Positions 21,934-32,101 of a stretch of DNA of 51,932 bases are shown one piece after another; position 1 is the first letter of the stretch, and each line of letters begins with the position of its first letter. Origin of the DNA: an uncultured Clostridia bacterium (GTDB lineage: Bacteria > Bacillota > Clostridia > TANB77 > CAG-508); NCBI GenBank assembly GCA_947627105.1, contig CANQUT010000006.1, positions 1 through 51,932 on the forward strand, read 5' to 3'. The translations under genes and the position numbers were made by a program. Under the pieces are notes generated by a model. The model saw only the letters and a program-made list of their open reading frames with translations. It did not search any database and was not told the DNA's origin.

Positions 21934-22005
21934 TAATAACTTTAAAATAATCACAATTTTAAATATTGTGAATAAAAATAAAATAGCAAATATGGAGGTA
22001 TATGA

Positions 22006-22611
22006 ATGAAAGAACAAAATAGTTTAGTTCCTTATGTTATTGAACAAACTGCAAAAGGAGAAAGATCTTATGATATTTTTTCAAGACTATTAAAAGATAG
22101 AATTATCTTTTTAGGTGAAGATGTTAACCCAACATCTGCTAGCTTAGTTATTGCACAATTACTATTTTTAGAGTCAGAAGACCCAGATAAAGAAATTCAT
22201 TTATATATTAATAGCCCAGGAGGTTCTATTACAGACGGAATGGGAATTGTAGACACAATGAACTACATAAAATGTCCAGTATCTACAATTTGCGTTGGAA
22301 TGGCAGCTAGTATGGGCGCTGTACTTTTAGCAGCAGGCGAAAAAGGAAAAAGATTTGCTACACCAAATGCAGAAATTTTAATTCATCAACCATTAATTGG
22401 TGGAAATGGTATTGCAGGTCAAACAACAGAAATTAAAATTCATGCAGATCATATGGTAAAAACAAGAGAAAAATTAAATAAGTTCTTAAGCGAAAGAACA
22501 GGTCAACCATTAGAAGTAATTAATCATGATACAGAAAGAGATAATTATATGACAGCAGAAGAAGCACTTAAGTATGGTTTGATTGATGGTATTATGGAAA
22601 AAAGAGCCTAA
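22006..22611 (+). CDS. clpP: ATP-dependent Clp protease proteolytic subunit
   Basis: [31 protein letters not shown]. Confidence 0.98.
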   Translation: MKEQNSLVPYVIEQTAKGERSYDIFSRLLKDRIIFLGEDVNPTSASLVIAQLLFLESEDPDKEIHLYINSPGGSITDGMGIVDTMNYIKCPVSTICVGMAASMGAVLLAAGEKGKRFATPNAEILIHQPLIGGNGIAGQTTEIKIHADHMVKTREKLNKFLSERTGQPLEVINHDTERDNYMTAEEALKYGLIDGIMEKRA

Positions 22612-22737
22612 ATTTGCAAAATAATTGCCCTTTGGCGTTGTCAAACTTCATTTGAAATCAAATTTGATAGTGCAAAAAGCACACCTCATTGATTTCAAAC
22701 TTGTTTTCCTAGCCAAATGACAATTCTTTTACAAATT
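22611..22737. repeat. 127-bp imperfect palindrome (type C) between clpP and clpX
   Basis: Nested arms AATTTGCAAAATAATTG/CAATTCTTTTACAAATT, TTTGGC/GCCAAA, TTTGAAATCAA/TTGATTTCAAA, GTGC/GCAC. Confidence 0.7.
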
Positions 22738-22771
22738 AGAATATAAATAAGTAAATTAAGGAGTATAGTTA

Positions 22772-24088
22772 ATGGCAAATAGTAAGTTAAGGGGCGTAAA
22801 ATGCTCTTTTTGTGGAAAATCTCAAGAAGCAGTTAATAGAATAGTAGCAGGCCCAGGAGTATATATTTGTGATGAATGTATTAAAGTATGCAATAACATT
22901 TTAGAAGATGAACTTTATGAAGATACACAAATTACGTACACAACTAAAACAAAAGAAAAATTGCCTACTCCAGCAGAAATTAAACAAATATTAGACTCGT
23001 ATGTAATAGGTCAAGAAGAGGCTAAAAAGACTCTATCTGTTGCAGTTTATAATCACTATAAAAGAATTAATAATAAAAATGATGATGAAGATGATGTAGA
23101 AATACAAAAAAGTAATGTTTTGCTACTAGGACCAACAGGTTGTGGAAAAACATTGCTTGCACAAACTTTAGCTAGAATTTTACAAGTACCTTTTGCTATA
23201 GCAGATGCTACTACTTTAACAGAAGCAGGCTATGTAGGAGAAGATGTTGAAAACATTTTACTAAAACTAATTCAAGCAGCAGACTACGATGTAGAAAAAG
23301 CAGAAAAAGGAATTATATATATAGATGAAATAGATAAAATATCAAGAAAATCTGAAAATCCATCTATTACAAGAGATGTTAGTGGAGAAGGTGTACAGCA
23401 AGCACTACTTAAAATTATAGAAGGAACAGTAGCTTCTGTACCACCACAAGGTGGTAGAAAACATCCACACCAAGAATTTATACAAATTAACACAGAAAAT
23501 ATTTTGTTTATTTGTGGTGGAGCATTTGAAGGCCTAGAAAAAATTGTAAAAGATAGAATTGGTAAAAAATCAATAGGCTTTGGTGCTGAAATAGAAAGTA
23601 ATAAAGACATTAACAAATATAAAGTATTTGAAGAATTACTACCACAGGATTTATTAAAATTTGGTTTAATACCGGAGTTTGTTGGAAGACTTCCAATTAT
23701 AGCCACATTACAAGAATTAGATAGAAATGCTTTAATAGATATTGTAACAAAGCCAAAAAATGCTTTAGTAAAGCAATATCAAAAGTTATTTAAACTAGAT
23801 AATGTAGAACTAGAATTTGAACAAGAAGCTTTAGAAAAAATTGTAGATAAAGCAATAGAAAGAAAAACAGGAGCAAGAGGTTTACGTTCTATTATAGAAG
23901 ATATTATGAGAGACATTATGTTTGAAATACCTTCTAATCCAAAGATAGAAAAATGTATTATTACAAAAGCAACTGTCCAAAATGGAGAAGCACCTAATAT
24001 TATTATTAACAACAACAGAGAAGTGCCAGCTCAAAAAACAGTAAAAACAAAAAGGCAAACAACAACTAAAAAAAGCGAAACAGCTTAA
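22772..24088 (+). CDS. clpX: Clp protease ATP-binding subunit ClpX
   Basis: CSFCGK zinc finger, [17 protein letters not shown] loop. Confidence 0.98.
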   Translation: MANSKLRGVKCSFCGKSQEAVNRIVAGPGVYICDECIKVCNNILEDELYEDTQITYTTKTKEKLPTPAEIKQILDSYVIGQEEAKKTLSVAVYNHYKRINNKNDDEDDVEIQKSNVLLLGPTGCGKTLLAQTLARILQVPFAIADATTLTEAGYVGEDVENILLKLIQAADYDVEKAEKGIIYIDEIDKISRKSENPSITRDVSGEGVQQALLKIIEGTVASVPPQGGRKHPHQEFIQINTENILFICGGAFEGLEKIVKDRIGKKSIGFGAEIESNKDINKYKVFEELLPQDLLKFGLIPEFVGRLPIIATLQELDRNALIDIVTKPKNALVKQYQKLFKLDNVELEFEQEALEKIVDKAIERKTGARGLRSIIEDIMRDIMFEIPSNPKIEKCIITKATVQNGEAPNIIINNNREVPAQKTVKTKRQTTTKKSETA

Positions 24089-24127
24089 AGATATATAATC
24101 AAAAATAACTTAATAAATATATAAAAG

Positions 24128-24164
24128 CAAGAGGGTATCCTAAAAATAGGGACCCTCTTGTTTT
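24128..24164. terminator. Bidirectional terminator
   Basis: CAAGAGGGTATCCTA..TAGGGACCCTCTTG between convergent genes. Confidence 0.75.
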
Positions 24165-24191
24165 GGTCAGAAATTAAATATCTTTTTATTA

Positions 24192-24710
24192 TTAATCCAA
24201 ATCAATACACCATAATTGATTTTCTTTAGAATGATGCTTTTTTAAATTCCACATTCCAAATAATATAAAGTATAAGGAAAAGCCTAATATTGGACTTACA
24301 AAGATAGAAATTACAATATAAACCCATATCGGGTGTACCAGATCTGCTTTTTCATATTTCGCATTTTCAAATTTGCATAATCCTTTAGATATAATAGTGT
24401 TATCTTCAATGCTAAAAGAACGATTTGAAATAGGAATTTTCGCTGTAAGCTTGGCTTTAATTGACTCTACTGTAACAACTAACTCATCTTCATTAAAATA
24501 GAAATCAGCTGTTAATGTTTCATCAGTTAAAGAATTTCTGTCAAGCGTTTTAGCTACTTTCAAAGCTTCTTCTTTTAATAGTTCATAATGTTCTTCTGTA
24601 GGAGGATTATGTCTTGCGATTTGTGCTGCAGGTCCAAACAACGCAGCAAAGAAATAGGAAATACCAAAAAGAACTGCAACAACTATTACGATAGTCCGAT
24701 AAACTTTCAT
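24192..24710 (-). CDS. Orphan membrane protein (N- and C-terminal TM)
   Basis: AAAGGAG RBS; two hydrophobic segments. Confidence 0.7.
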   Translation of the reverse strand: MKVYRTIVIVVAVLFGISYFFAALFGPAAQIARHNPPTEEHYELLKEEALKVAKTLDRNSLTDETLTADFYFNEDELVVTVESIKAKLTAKIPISNRSFSIEDNTIISKGLCKFENAKYEKADLVHPIWVYIVISIFVSPILGFSLYFILFGMWNLKKHHSKENQLWCIDLD

Positions 24711-24880
24711 TTAATTTTACTCCTTTCTCGAATTCGAGTTTGTTCAATTCTTATATAAGTAAGCCTACTCTGACCAAATAGGCATAATAAAGGATTTATA
24801 CAATAAAAATATTGCATATAAATAATAACACAAATTAACATAAAAGTAAAGTTATTTTTAGCATTACAAAAAAAGATAAA

Positions 24881-25036
24881 CTAGTTAATGGTTTTATAGT
24901 TAATTGCTTAAATAGTACTATTTTTCTTGTTTTTCAAATGCCCGTTGCAGCATGTAAATTCAAAGGAGAACGTCAGAACGGGACCTTTCAAAACTGCGAA
25001 AAATAGTACTATTTAAGTTTTAATGTAATTATAACT
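24881..25036 (+). repeat. Repeat family A, filled copy 2
   Basis: Palindromes at 24911-24922 and 25002-25013, 79-nt core, full outer flanks. Confidence 0.9.
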
Positions 25037-25169
25037 ACTATATAGTAAGTTATATGCCTAGTATTATTAAAATTTTATAGATTAAAATTAAATATTATGC
25101 TATACTTATTACATATAAAACTATTAGCCCGTAATTATACAAGCAATAATAAACTAGGAAGTGATAGTA

Positions 25170-25787
25170 ATGAAAGAGAAGCAACCTAAAAAGCAAATTG
25201 TAATGTTTGGTGGAAGTTTTAATCCGCCACTTAATTCACATTTTCTACTAGCACAGCAAATAATAAATGAATATAGTGAGATTGAAAAAATATTATTTAT
25301 GCCAGTTAATAGTAAATATCAAAAGGCAGATCTAATAAGTAATACGCATAGATATGAAATGCTTAAATTAGTGTGCGATAAAAATGAAAAATTTGAAGTA
25401 TCTAAACTAGAAATAGAAAGTAGTAGACCATTATATACTATTGAAACATTAACAAAGCTTCAAAAAGAGTATTTGGAATACGAAATAGCATTTATAATAG
25501 GAAGTGATAATTTAAGACAAATTGATACATGGAAAACTCCAGAAAAACTAGTTCAAAATTTTAAAATATATGTATTACAGCGAGCTGAAGATAGTGTAGA
25601 AGAAATTATACAAAACAATGAGTTTTTAAAAAATCACGAGAAAGCTTTTATTACAGTAAAAAACAAAATTAGAACTAATTTAAGCTCTACATTTGTACGA
25701 GAAAGCATTAAAAATGGTAAAAGTATTAAATACTTAGCACCAGAAGAAGTAATTTCTTATATAGAAAAAAATAAATTATACAAATAA
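25170..25787 (+). CDS. nadD: Nicotinate-nucleotide adenylyltransferase
   Basis: FGGSFNPPLNSH, YTIETL, IIGSDN, LSSTFVR. Confidence 0.92.
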   Translation: MKEKQPKKQIVMFGGSFNPPLNSHFLLAQQIINEYSEIEKILFMPVNSKYQKADLISNTHRYEMLKLVCDKNEKFEVSKLEIESSRPLYTIETLTKLQKEYLEYEIAFIIGSDNLRQIDTWKTPEKLVQNFKIYVLQRAEDSVEEIIQNNEFLKNHEKAFITVKNKIRTNLSSTFVRESIKNGKSIKYLAPEEVISYIEKNKLYK

Positions 25788-25895
25788 TCTATAATAATAT
25801 GATAATTAATAATATAGTAATTTACTTTATTATTAAAAATTTTAATAATTAATATTAAAGTCTAAAAGCAATAATATAAAAAAGGAGAGCCTAAT

Positions 25896-26666
25896 ATGTT
25901 AGAAAAAAATAAATTACAAGAAGAAATGGAAAATGCAATTAAGTGGATAAGAAATTATGTTCAAAATTCAGGAGCAAAAGGAATTGTAATAGGAAATAGT
26001 GGAGGAAAAGATTCAGCTACAGTTCTTGCAATGGCAGTAAAAGCAATTGGAAAAGAAAATGTAATTTCTGTATTTATGCCTTGCCATTCGGTTAACAGTG
26101 ATTTAGAAGATGCAAAAATAGTATCAAGCACTTTTGATGTAAAATTACTAAATATAGATTTAACTAATGCTTATAACCAAATGACAGATGAAATAACCAG
26201 AAAATTAAATACAGAATTATCTAAAGAATCTACTATTAATATGAAGCCTAGATTAAGAATGGTTACTTTATATTCAATAGCGCAAACTTTAAATTATTTA
26301 GTAATTGGAACAGGAAATTTGTGTGAAGCAATGGTTGGCTATACTACAAAGTGGGGAGATAACAGTTCAGATTTTAATCCAATTGGAAATTTTACAGTAG
26401 ATGAAGTATTAGAAATTGGCAAAATGTTAGGCGTTCCAGAAAGAGTTTTAAAAAAAGCTCCAAATGATGGACTGGGTGGACAAACAGATGAAGAAAAAAT
26501 GGGAATAACTTATAAACAAATTTCGGAAGTAATAGAAACAGGAAGCACAGATAATGAAAATGCAAAAAATGAAATAATAAAAAGATTCAAATCATCTAAT
26601 CACAAAAGAAACTTAGTACCTATATATCAATTTGAAAGAAAAAATTATTTAAAAAATAAACAATAA
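25896..26666 (+). CDS. nadE: NH3-dependent NAD+ synthetase
   Basis: GNSGGKDS, NMKPRLRM, GYTTKWGD, QTDEEKMG. Confidence 0.95.
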   Translation: MLEKNKLQEEMENAIKWIRNYVQNSGAKGIVIGNSGGKDSATVLAMAVKAIGKENVISVFMPCHSVNSDLEDAKIVSSTFDVKLLNIDLTNAYNQMTDEITRKLNTELSKESTINMKPRLRMVTLYSIAQTLNYLVIGTGNLCEAMVGYTTKWGDNSSDFNPIGNFTVDEVLEIGKMLGVPERVLKKAPNDGLGGQTDEEKMGITYKQISEVIETGSTDNENAKNEIIKRFKSSNHKRNLVPIYQFERKNYLKNKQ

Positions 26667-26720
26667 TTGTTGACATTTAATGGCCAATAAAAACAAAACA
26701 AAAAAATGTCAAAAATTTGT

Positions 26721-26749
26721 TTGACATTTTTTTGTTTGTATGATATTAT
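26721..26749 (+). promoter_or_regulatory. sigmaA promoter of lexA, overlapped by an inverted repeat
   Basis: TTGACA-17-TATTAT with TG extension; AAAAAATGTCAAA/TTTGACATTTTTT dyad. Confidence 0.7.
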
Positions 26750-26837
26750 ATTATAGGAATTAAAAATGGTTGTATTTTCCATAACAAAAAAAGTAACAAA
26801 AACCATTATAAAAATATAAAATAAGGGGGAATGTATT

Positions 26838-27500
26838 TTGGCTAGAAAAAAAGATCCAATGTCAATTAATAAAAGAGAAAAAGCAATTTTAAAATTCATT
26901 GAAAAACAAGTAGAAGAAAAAGGTTATGCACCATCTGTTAGAGAAATAGGAAAAGCAGTTGGCTTAAAATCAACAGCTACAGTTCATGGTTACTTAGCAA
27001 AACTTTCAGAAAAAGGCTATATTAAAAAGGAAGACCAAAAAGGTAGAACATTACGTTTATTAAAAGGCGGAAATGGTGAACCAATTAATAAAAAACAAGA
27101 AAACAAAAATTATTATACAGGCAAAGAAATGGTAGAAGTTCCTGTTATTGGCAAAATTACAGCAGGAGAACCAATTTTAGCAGTAGAAAACATTACAGAT
27201 ACTTTCCCAATTCCTATAGACTTCGTTGGAAATAGTGAAAGCTTTATGCTTACTGTTCGCGGAGAAAGTATGATAGAAGCAGGTATTTTAAATGGAGACT
27301 ATATTTTAGTTAAAAAACAAAATACAGCTAATAATGGGGAAATTGTTGTAGCATTAATTGGAGAAGAAGCAACAGTTAAAACATTTTATAAAGAAAAAGA
27401 CCACATAAGATTACAACCTCAAAATAGCACAATGGAACCTATTATTGTTCCAACTTGTGAAATACTTGGAAAAGTAGCAGGGGTATTTAGAAAGATATAA
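26838..27500 (+). CDS. lexA: SOS repressor LexA
   Basis: PSVREIG..STATVHGYL HTH; ITAGEP cleavage site; GESM and TVK catalytic residues. Confidence 0.96.
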   Translation: MARKKDPMSINKREKAILKFIEKQVEEKGYAPSVREIGKAVGLKSTATVHGYLAKLSEKGYIKKEDQKGRTLRLLKGGNGEPINKKQENKNYYTGKEMVEVPVIGKITAGEPILAVENITDTFPIPIDFVGNSESFMLTVRGESMIEAGILNGDYILVKKQNTANNGEIVVALIGEEATVKTFYKEKDHIRLQPQNSTMEPIIVPTCEILGKVAGVFRKI

Positions 27501-27522
27501 CTAAAAATAAGGGGGAATATAT

Positions 27523-28041
27523 ATGCCATACATGGATATATGGATGTATAATAGTAGACCTAGAGTCAAAGTATTTTTATGTTATTTCTTAATATTTATT
27601 GCATTTTTTATCTTTTCAGATATAATGATATTTTTATATACAAAATCATCATTTAAGCCAATGGAAAGCTATGAAATACAATCTACAAGTCCAGAAATAA
27701 CAGTATCATTAGCTGAAAGTTCAAAAGCTAGTGGAAATGTAAAGGGTACTATTAAAAACAATACAGAAGAAGAATTAATAAACAAATATATAAAATTCGA
27801 CTTTTATACCCCAAGGGATGTTAATGTTGGAACAAAATATATTAAAGTAGATAAACTAGAAAAAGATGAAGAAAAAAACTATGAGCTAGGCTTTCGCTAT
27901 GCAGATGTATCATCAGTAAAAATAAGCATAGTAAATGAAGACCAAGCTAAAAATGCTACCGCAGAAGAATTAGAAATAAGTCCAGTTATTACAACTGTAG
28001 GCTTAATAGGACAAATTTTAGCATTGTATGTTGTACTTTAA
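27523..28041 (+). CDS. Membrane-anchored protein with FxLYD-like Ig domain
   Basis: TM followed by VKGTIKNNT..IKFDFYT. Confidence 0.55.
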   Translation: MPYMDIWMYNSRPRVKVFLCYFLIFIAFFIFSDIMIFLYTKSSFKPMESYEIQSTSPEITVSLAESSKASGNVKGTIKNNTEEELINKYIKFDFYTPRDVNVGTKYIKVDKLEKDEEKNYELGFRYADVSSVKISIVNEDQAKNATAEELEISPVITTVGLIGQILALYVVL

Positions 28042-28075
28042 TTTTTAAAATAGTATAAATTACATAAAAAATGGT

Positions 28076-28108
28076 AAAAATAGAATAGGAACTACCTATT
28101 CTATTTTT
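28076..28108 (+). terminator. Rho-independent terminator
   Basis: AAAAATAGAATAGG..CCTATTCTATTTTT. Confidence 0.85.
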
Positions 28109-28201
28109 GTGCATAAAAATTCGTCAAATGAAAAGTTAAATGAAATTCTGTAAAGTAAGTGCATAAAAATCGTCAAGTGAAAAGTTAAGTGCATAAAAAT
28201 T
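28109..28201. repeat. Direct repeats of about 30 bp upstream of mreB-like gene
   Basis: GTGCATAAAAAT(T)CGTCAA(A/G)TGAAAAGTTAA twice plus a third GTGCATAAAAAT. Confidence 0.85.
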
Positions 28202-28240
28202 GCAAAAAAATACAAAAATTGATTGCTATTTTATACAACT

Positions 28241-28268
28241 TGTAATATAATTGTAACATAATTGTAAT
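28241..28268 (+). promoter_or_regulatory. WalR-like tandem boxes overlapping the -10 of mreB-like gene
   Basis: TGTAAT-N5-TGTAAC-N5-TGTAAT matches TGTWAH-N5-TGTWAH; TTGCTA-17-TATAAT promoter. Confidence 0.55.
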
Positions 28269-28305
28269 AATATTGAAACAAAATATTTCTGAAAGGAAGA
28301 TGGAA

Positions 28306-29310
28306 ATGTTTAAGTATGGACAAGATATAGGCATTGACTTAGGCACAGCTACTGTTATTGCTTATGTAAAAGGCAAAGGAATTGTATTAAGAGAACCTTC
28401 TGTTGTTGCAGTAGACAATAATACAGGAGAAGTACTTGCAGTAGGAAAAGAAGCAAGAAGAATGCTTGGAAGAACACCTGGAAATATTGTAGCAACAAGA
28501 CCATTAAGAGATGGAGTTATTTCAAGTTATACTGTTACAGAAAAAATGCTTAAATATTTCATTAATAGAGTTTGTGGAAAATTTATATTTGCTCCAAGAA
28601 TTATGATTTGCATTCCATCAAAAGTTACAGAGGTAGAAAAAAAAGCAGTAATAGATGCTGCATCACAAGCAGGAGCAAGAAAAGTATATTTAATAGAAGA
28701 ACCAATTGCAGCAGCAATTGGCGCTGGAATAGATATATCTAGACCATGTGGAAATATGGTAGTAGATATAGGTGGTGGAACTACTGATATTGCAGTTATT
28801 TCATTAGGTGGTTCAGTAGTAAGTTCTTCTTTAAAAGTTGCTGGAGATAAATTTGACGAAGCAATAGTTAAATACATCAAAAAGAAATATAATGTAATAA
28901 TTGGAGAAAGAACAGCTGAAGATTTAAAAATAAATATTGGATGTGTTTATCCAAAAATTCAAGATATGGAAATGGACATTAGAGGAAGAGACTTAGCAAC
29001 AGGGCTTCCAAAAACATTAACAGTTCATTCTAGTGAAATGCTAGAAGCCTTAATAGAGCCTGCTATGATGGTAATAGACGCTGTGCATGGCGTCTTAGAA
29101 AAAACACCACCAGAACTTGCAGCAGATATTAGTGATAGAGGAATTTACATGACAGGTGGAGGATGCTTAATAGATGGTTTAGATAAACTTTTGCAAGAAA
29201 AAACCGGAATTAATGTTATGATAGCACAAGACGCAATTTCATGTGTTGCTCTAGGAACTGGAAAAGCACTAGACAATTTAGATGTTTTAGATGCTAAAAA
29301 AAGAAGATAA
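28306..29310 (+). CDS. mreB: Rod shape-determining protein, MreB/Mbl family
   Basis: IGIDLGTA, EPSVVA, IEEPIAAAIGAG, VDIGGGTT. Confidence 0.92.
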   Translation: MFKYGQDIGIDLGTATVIAYVKGKGIVLREPSVVAVDNNTGEVLAVGKEARRMLGRTPGNIVATRPLRDGVISSYTVTEKMLKYFINRVCGKFIFAPRIMICIPSKVTEVEKKAVIDAASQAGARKVYLIEEPIAAAIGAGIDISRPCGNMVVDIGGGTTDIAVISLGGSVVSSSLKVAGDKFDEAIVKYIKKKYNVIIGERTAEDLKINIGCVYPKIQDMEMDIRGRDLATGLPKTLTVHSSEMLEALIEPAMMVIDAVHGVLEKTPPELAADISDRGIYMTGGGCLIDGLDKLLQEKTGINVMIAQDAISCVALGTGKALDNLDVLDAKKRR

Positions 29311-29320
29311 TTTTAAATTG

Positions 29321-29364
29321 GGGACAGTCCCTTTTTCCCTTTTTGGGGAAAAAGGGACTGTCCC
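29321..29364. repeat. REP-like perfect inverted repeat (family D)
   Basis: GGGACAGTCCCTTTTTCCC-N6-GGGAAAAAGGGACTGTCCC; related copy at 40867. Confidence 0.8.
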
Positions 29365-29459
29365 TATTCGAACGATAAGTCAGATTTAATTTTATTTCTT
29401 GCATAAAATAATATAAAATTATATAATACTATTGTATTTTATAAATAAAGGTGAAATTT

Positions 29460-30029
29460 ATGAATAAAACAAAAAGAAAAATATTTGAGACCTCTATGAA
29501 GTTATTTGCAGAAAAAGGCTATGATGCTACAAGCATTGAAGAAATTACAGCAACGGTAGGTGTAGCAAAAGGAACATTGTATTATCATTTTTCTAGTAAA
29601 GAAGAAATTTTTAATTTTTTAATAGAAGAAGGAGTTAAACTATTAAAAAACAGTATTGCTATAAAAACAGCTAAATTAGACAATTCTTTAGATAAATTAA
29701 GAGCAATTATTTTAATACAAATTAAAATTTTAGTAAAATACGAGAACTTTGTGACAATTATTTTGAGCCAAATTTGGGGAACAGATCCAAGAAGCCAAAT
29801 GTGCAAAAGCTATGTGTTTGATTATATACAAATGATAGAAGAAATAGTAAAAGAAGGAATAAAAAAAGATGAAATTGTAGAAGGAGATTCAAACGTAATT
29901 GCTTCTGGTATTTTTGGTTTTACTTGCTCAAGCTTAATATATAAAATGAGACATCATAATGAAGAAATAGATGTTCCAACATTGTATAGAGAAATTGATA
30001 AAACATTTATAAAAAAATTAAAAAAATAA
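29460..30029 (+). CDS. TetR/AcrR family transcriptional regulator
   Basis: LFAEKGYDATSIEEI..GVAKGTLYYHFSSKEEI. Confidence 0.95.
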   Translation: MNKTKRKIFETSMKLFAEKGYDATSIEEITATVGVAKGTLYYHFSSKEEIFNFLIEEGVKLLKNSIAIKTAKLDNSLDKLRAIILIQIKILVKYENFVTIILSQIWGTDPRSQMCKSYVFDYIQMIEEIVKEGIKKDEIVEGDSNVIASGIFGFTCSSLIYKMRHHNEEIDVPTLYREIDKTFIKKLKK

Positions 30030-30050
30030 AAAAGATGGGAGACTTATGAA

Positions 30051-31925
30051 ATGAGAGGATTAGGAGATTTTAAAGTTCCAAATTTTAAATTTCCAAAATT
30101 TAAAATGAAGGAATTATCACAAATTGATGAGGTAAATGTTAATTATGATTCTATTCAAAAAGCACAAGAAGAAAACAGCAAAAAGGAAACAAAGAATTAT
30201 ACACCTACTTCATACACTACAATGAAAGAGATTTTTGAAAAATCAATAAAAGAATATGCAAATAAAGAGTTTGTACTAGAAAAATTTGATCCAAAAGGAA
30301 AGTATACCCAAATAAGCTATGAGCAATTTGGAAAAGACGTTGTAAGCTTTGGAACTGCTTTAATGAGAAAATTAAACTTAACAGAAAATTCTAGAATTTT
30401 AATAGTAAGTGAAACAACATATCATTGGTATGTTTCATATATGGCACTTCTTTGCGGAAATGGAATTGCTGTTCCAACAGATAAAGAGCTTCCAGATAAT
30501 GAATTAGAAAATGTAATAAATAGATCAAGAGCAGATGTAATAATTTATTCAGAAAAGAAGGAAGATTCTATTAAAAAAGTTTTACCAAATATTAAAAGTG
30601 TAAAATACTTTATAAAAATGTATTCTAAAGATGGATTTGATGGCCAAAATGTTGGAATGCAGTATTTAATAGAAGAAGGAAAGACCTTAGTAGAAAATGG
30701 AGATGACTCTTATATTAGCACAAAAATTATTCCTGATGAATTTAAAGTATTATTATTTACATCTGGAACAACTTCTAGTGCAAAAGGTGTTATGCTATCT
30801 AGCAGAAACTTAGCAGAAAACATAAATGCTGTATCTGCCTATGTTAAACTATATCCAGAAGATAGATTCTTTTCAGTATTGCCACTTCACCATACTTACG
30901 AATCTACTATTGGCTTTTTATTACCAATGGCTTGTGGCTCATCTATAGCCGTTTGCCAAGGGTTAAAGTATATTGTACCAAACTTGCAAGAAACAAAGCC
31001 AAGCTGTATGCTTGCAGTTCCACTTTTAATTGAAAGCTTGTACAAAAAAATAAATGCTAATATTAAGAAAAGCAAAAAAGATGGTTTAGTAAATTCTATG
31101 ATACATGTAACAAATGCATTAAAGGTAGTTGGAGTAGATATTAAACGTAAGGTATTTGCAGAAATTCATGAAAATTTAGGTGGAAACTTAAGAATTATTG
31201 TATCTGCAGCAGCTCCTATAGATGCCAAAATTGGTAAATGGGTAGAAGATATTGGAATACTATTTTTACAAGGTTATGGATTAACAGAAACAGCCCCAAT
31301 AGCTGCTTTAACGCCAGAATTTCAACCAAAAGTAGGATCGGCAGGAAAAGCAGTTTTCACAGCAGAACTTAAAATAGAATCTCCAAATGAAAATGGAGAA
31401 GGAGAAGTACTTATTAAAAGTCCTACTTTAATGCTTGGCTATTATGAAGATGAAAAAGCAACAAATGAAGTAATAGAAAATATAGATGGAGAAAGATGGT
31501 TCCATTCTGGAGACGTTGGCTATTTAGATAAAGATGGATTTTTATACATTACAGGTAGAAGCAAAAATGTAATAGTAACACAAAATGGTAAAAATATTTA
31601 CCCAGAAGAAATAGAACTTTTATTATCTCAAATTACAGAAATTAAAGAATGTATGGTATATGGAAAAGAAGATCCAGATGATAAAAGAAATAAAGAACTA
31701 ATTATTTCTGCAAGAGTAATACCAAATAAAGATGAACTAGCAGAAAAATATGGCGAAAATTTAACAGAAGAGCAAATAAAAGATATTATTTGGGGAAAAA
31801 TTAAAGAAGTAAATAAAAAACTAGAATCATATAAAGCTGTAAAAAATTTGGAAATTAAATATGATGAATTTGAAAAAACTACTACTATGAAGATTAAAAG
31901 ATATGCTGAACTAAACAAAAAATAA
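30051..31925 (+). CDS. Long-chain fatty acid--CoA ligase (AMP-binding)
   Basis: FTSGTTSSAKGVML, QGYGLTET, WFHSGDVG, GRSKNVIV..GKNIYPEEIE. Confidence 0.92.
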   Translation: MRGLGDFKVPNFKFPKFKMKELSQIDEVNVNYDSIQKAQEENSKKETKNYTPTSYTTMKEIFEKSIKEYANKEFVLEKFDPKGKYTQISYEQFGKDVVSFGTALMRKLNLTENSRILIVSETTYHWYVSYMALLCGNGIAVPTDKELPDNELENVINRSRADVIIYSEKKEDSIKKVLPNIKSVKYFIKMYSKDGFDGQNVGMQYLIEEGKTLVENGDDSYISTKIIPDEFKVLLFTSGTTSSAKGVMLSSRNLAENINAVSAYVKLYPEDRFFSVLPLHHTYESTIGFLLPMACGSSIAVCQGLKYIVPNLQETKPSCMLAVPLLIESLYKKINANIKKSKKDGLVNSMIHVTNALKVVGVDIKRKVFAEIHENLGGNLRIIVSAAAPIDAKIGKWVEDIGILFLQGYGLTETAPIAALTPEFQPKVGSAGKAVFTAELKIESPNENGEGEVLIKSPTLMLGYYEDEKATNEVIENIDGERWFHSGDVGYLDKDGFLYITGRSKNVIVTQNGKNIYPEEIELLLSQITEIKECMVYGKEDPDDKRNKELIISARVIPNKDELAEKYGENLTEEQIKDIIWGKIKEVNKKLESYKAVKNLEIKYDEFEKTTTMKIKRYAELNKK

Positions 31926-31970
31926 ATTGTTACAATTTATTACAAAATAATCTTGACTTCGTAAAATTGT

Positions 31971-31998
31971 TGTAATAAAATTGTTACAGAAATGTAAA
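31971..31998 (+). promoter_or_regulatory. WalR-like tandem boxes upstream of hypothetical gene
   Basis: TGTAAT-N5-TGTTAC-N5-TGTAAA. Confidence 0.55.
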
Positions 31999-32101
31999 AT
32001 AAAAAAACAGAAATCCTATTGTGATTTTCAAATATTAGTTGTATAATTATATCGAAAAATAAAGGAAAATGTAACGTAGGATAAAGGAGGGAAGGTTTAC
32101 A

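Noticed and set aside
28109-28201. Mini CRISPR array
   Set aside because: Spacers are about 19 and 0 nt, only two full units, and no cas genes in the window.
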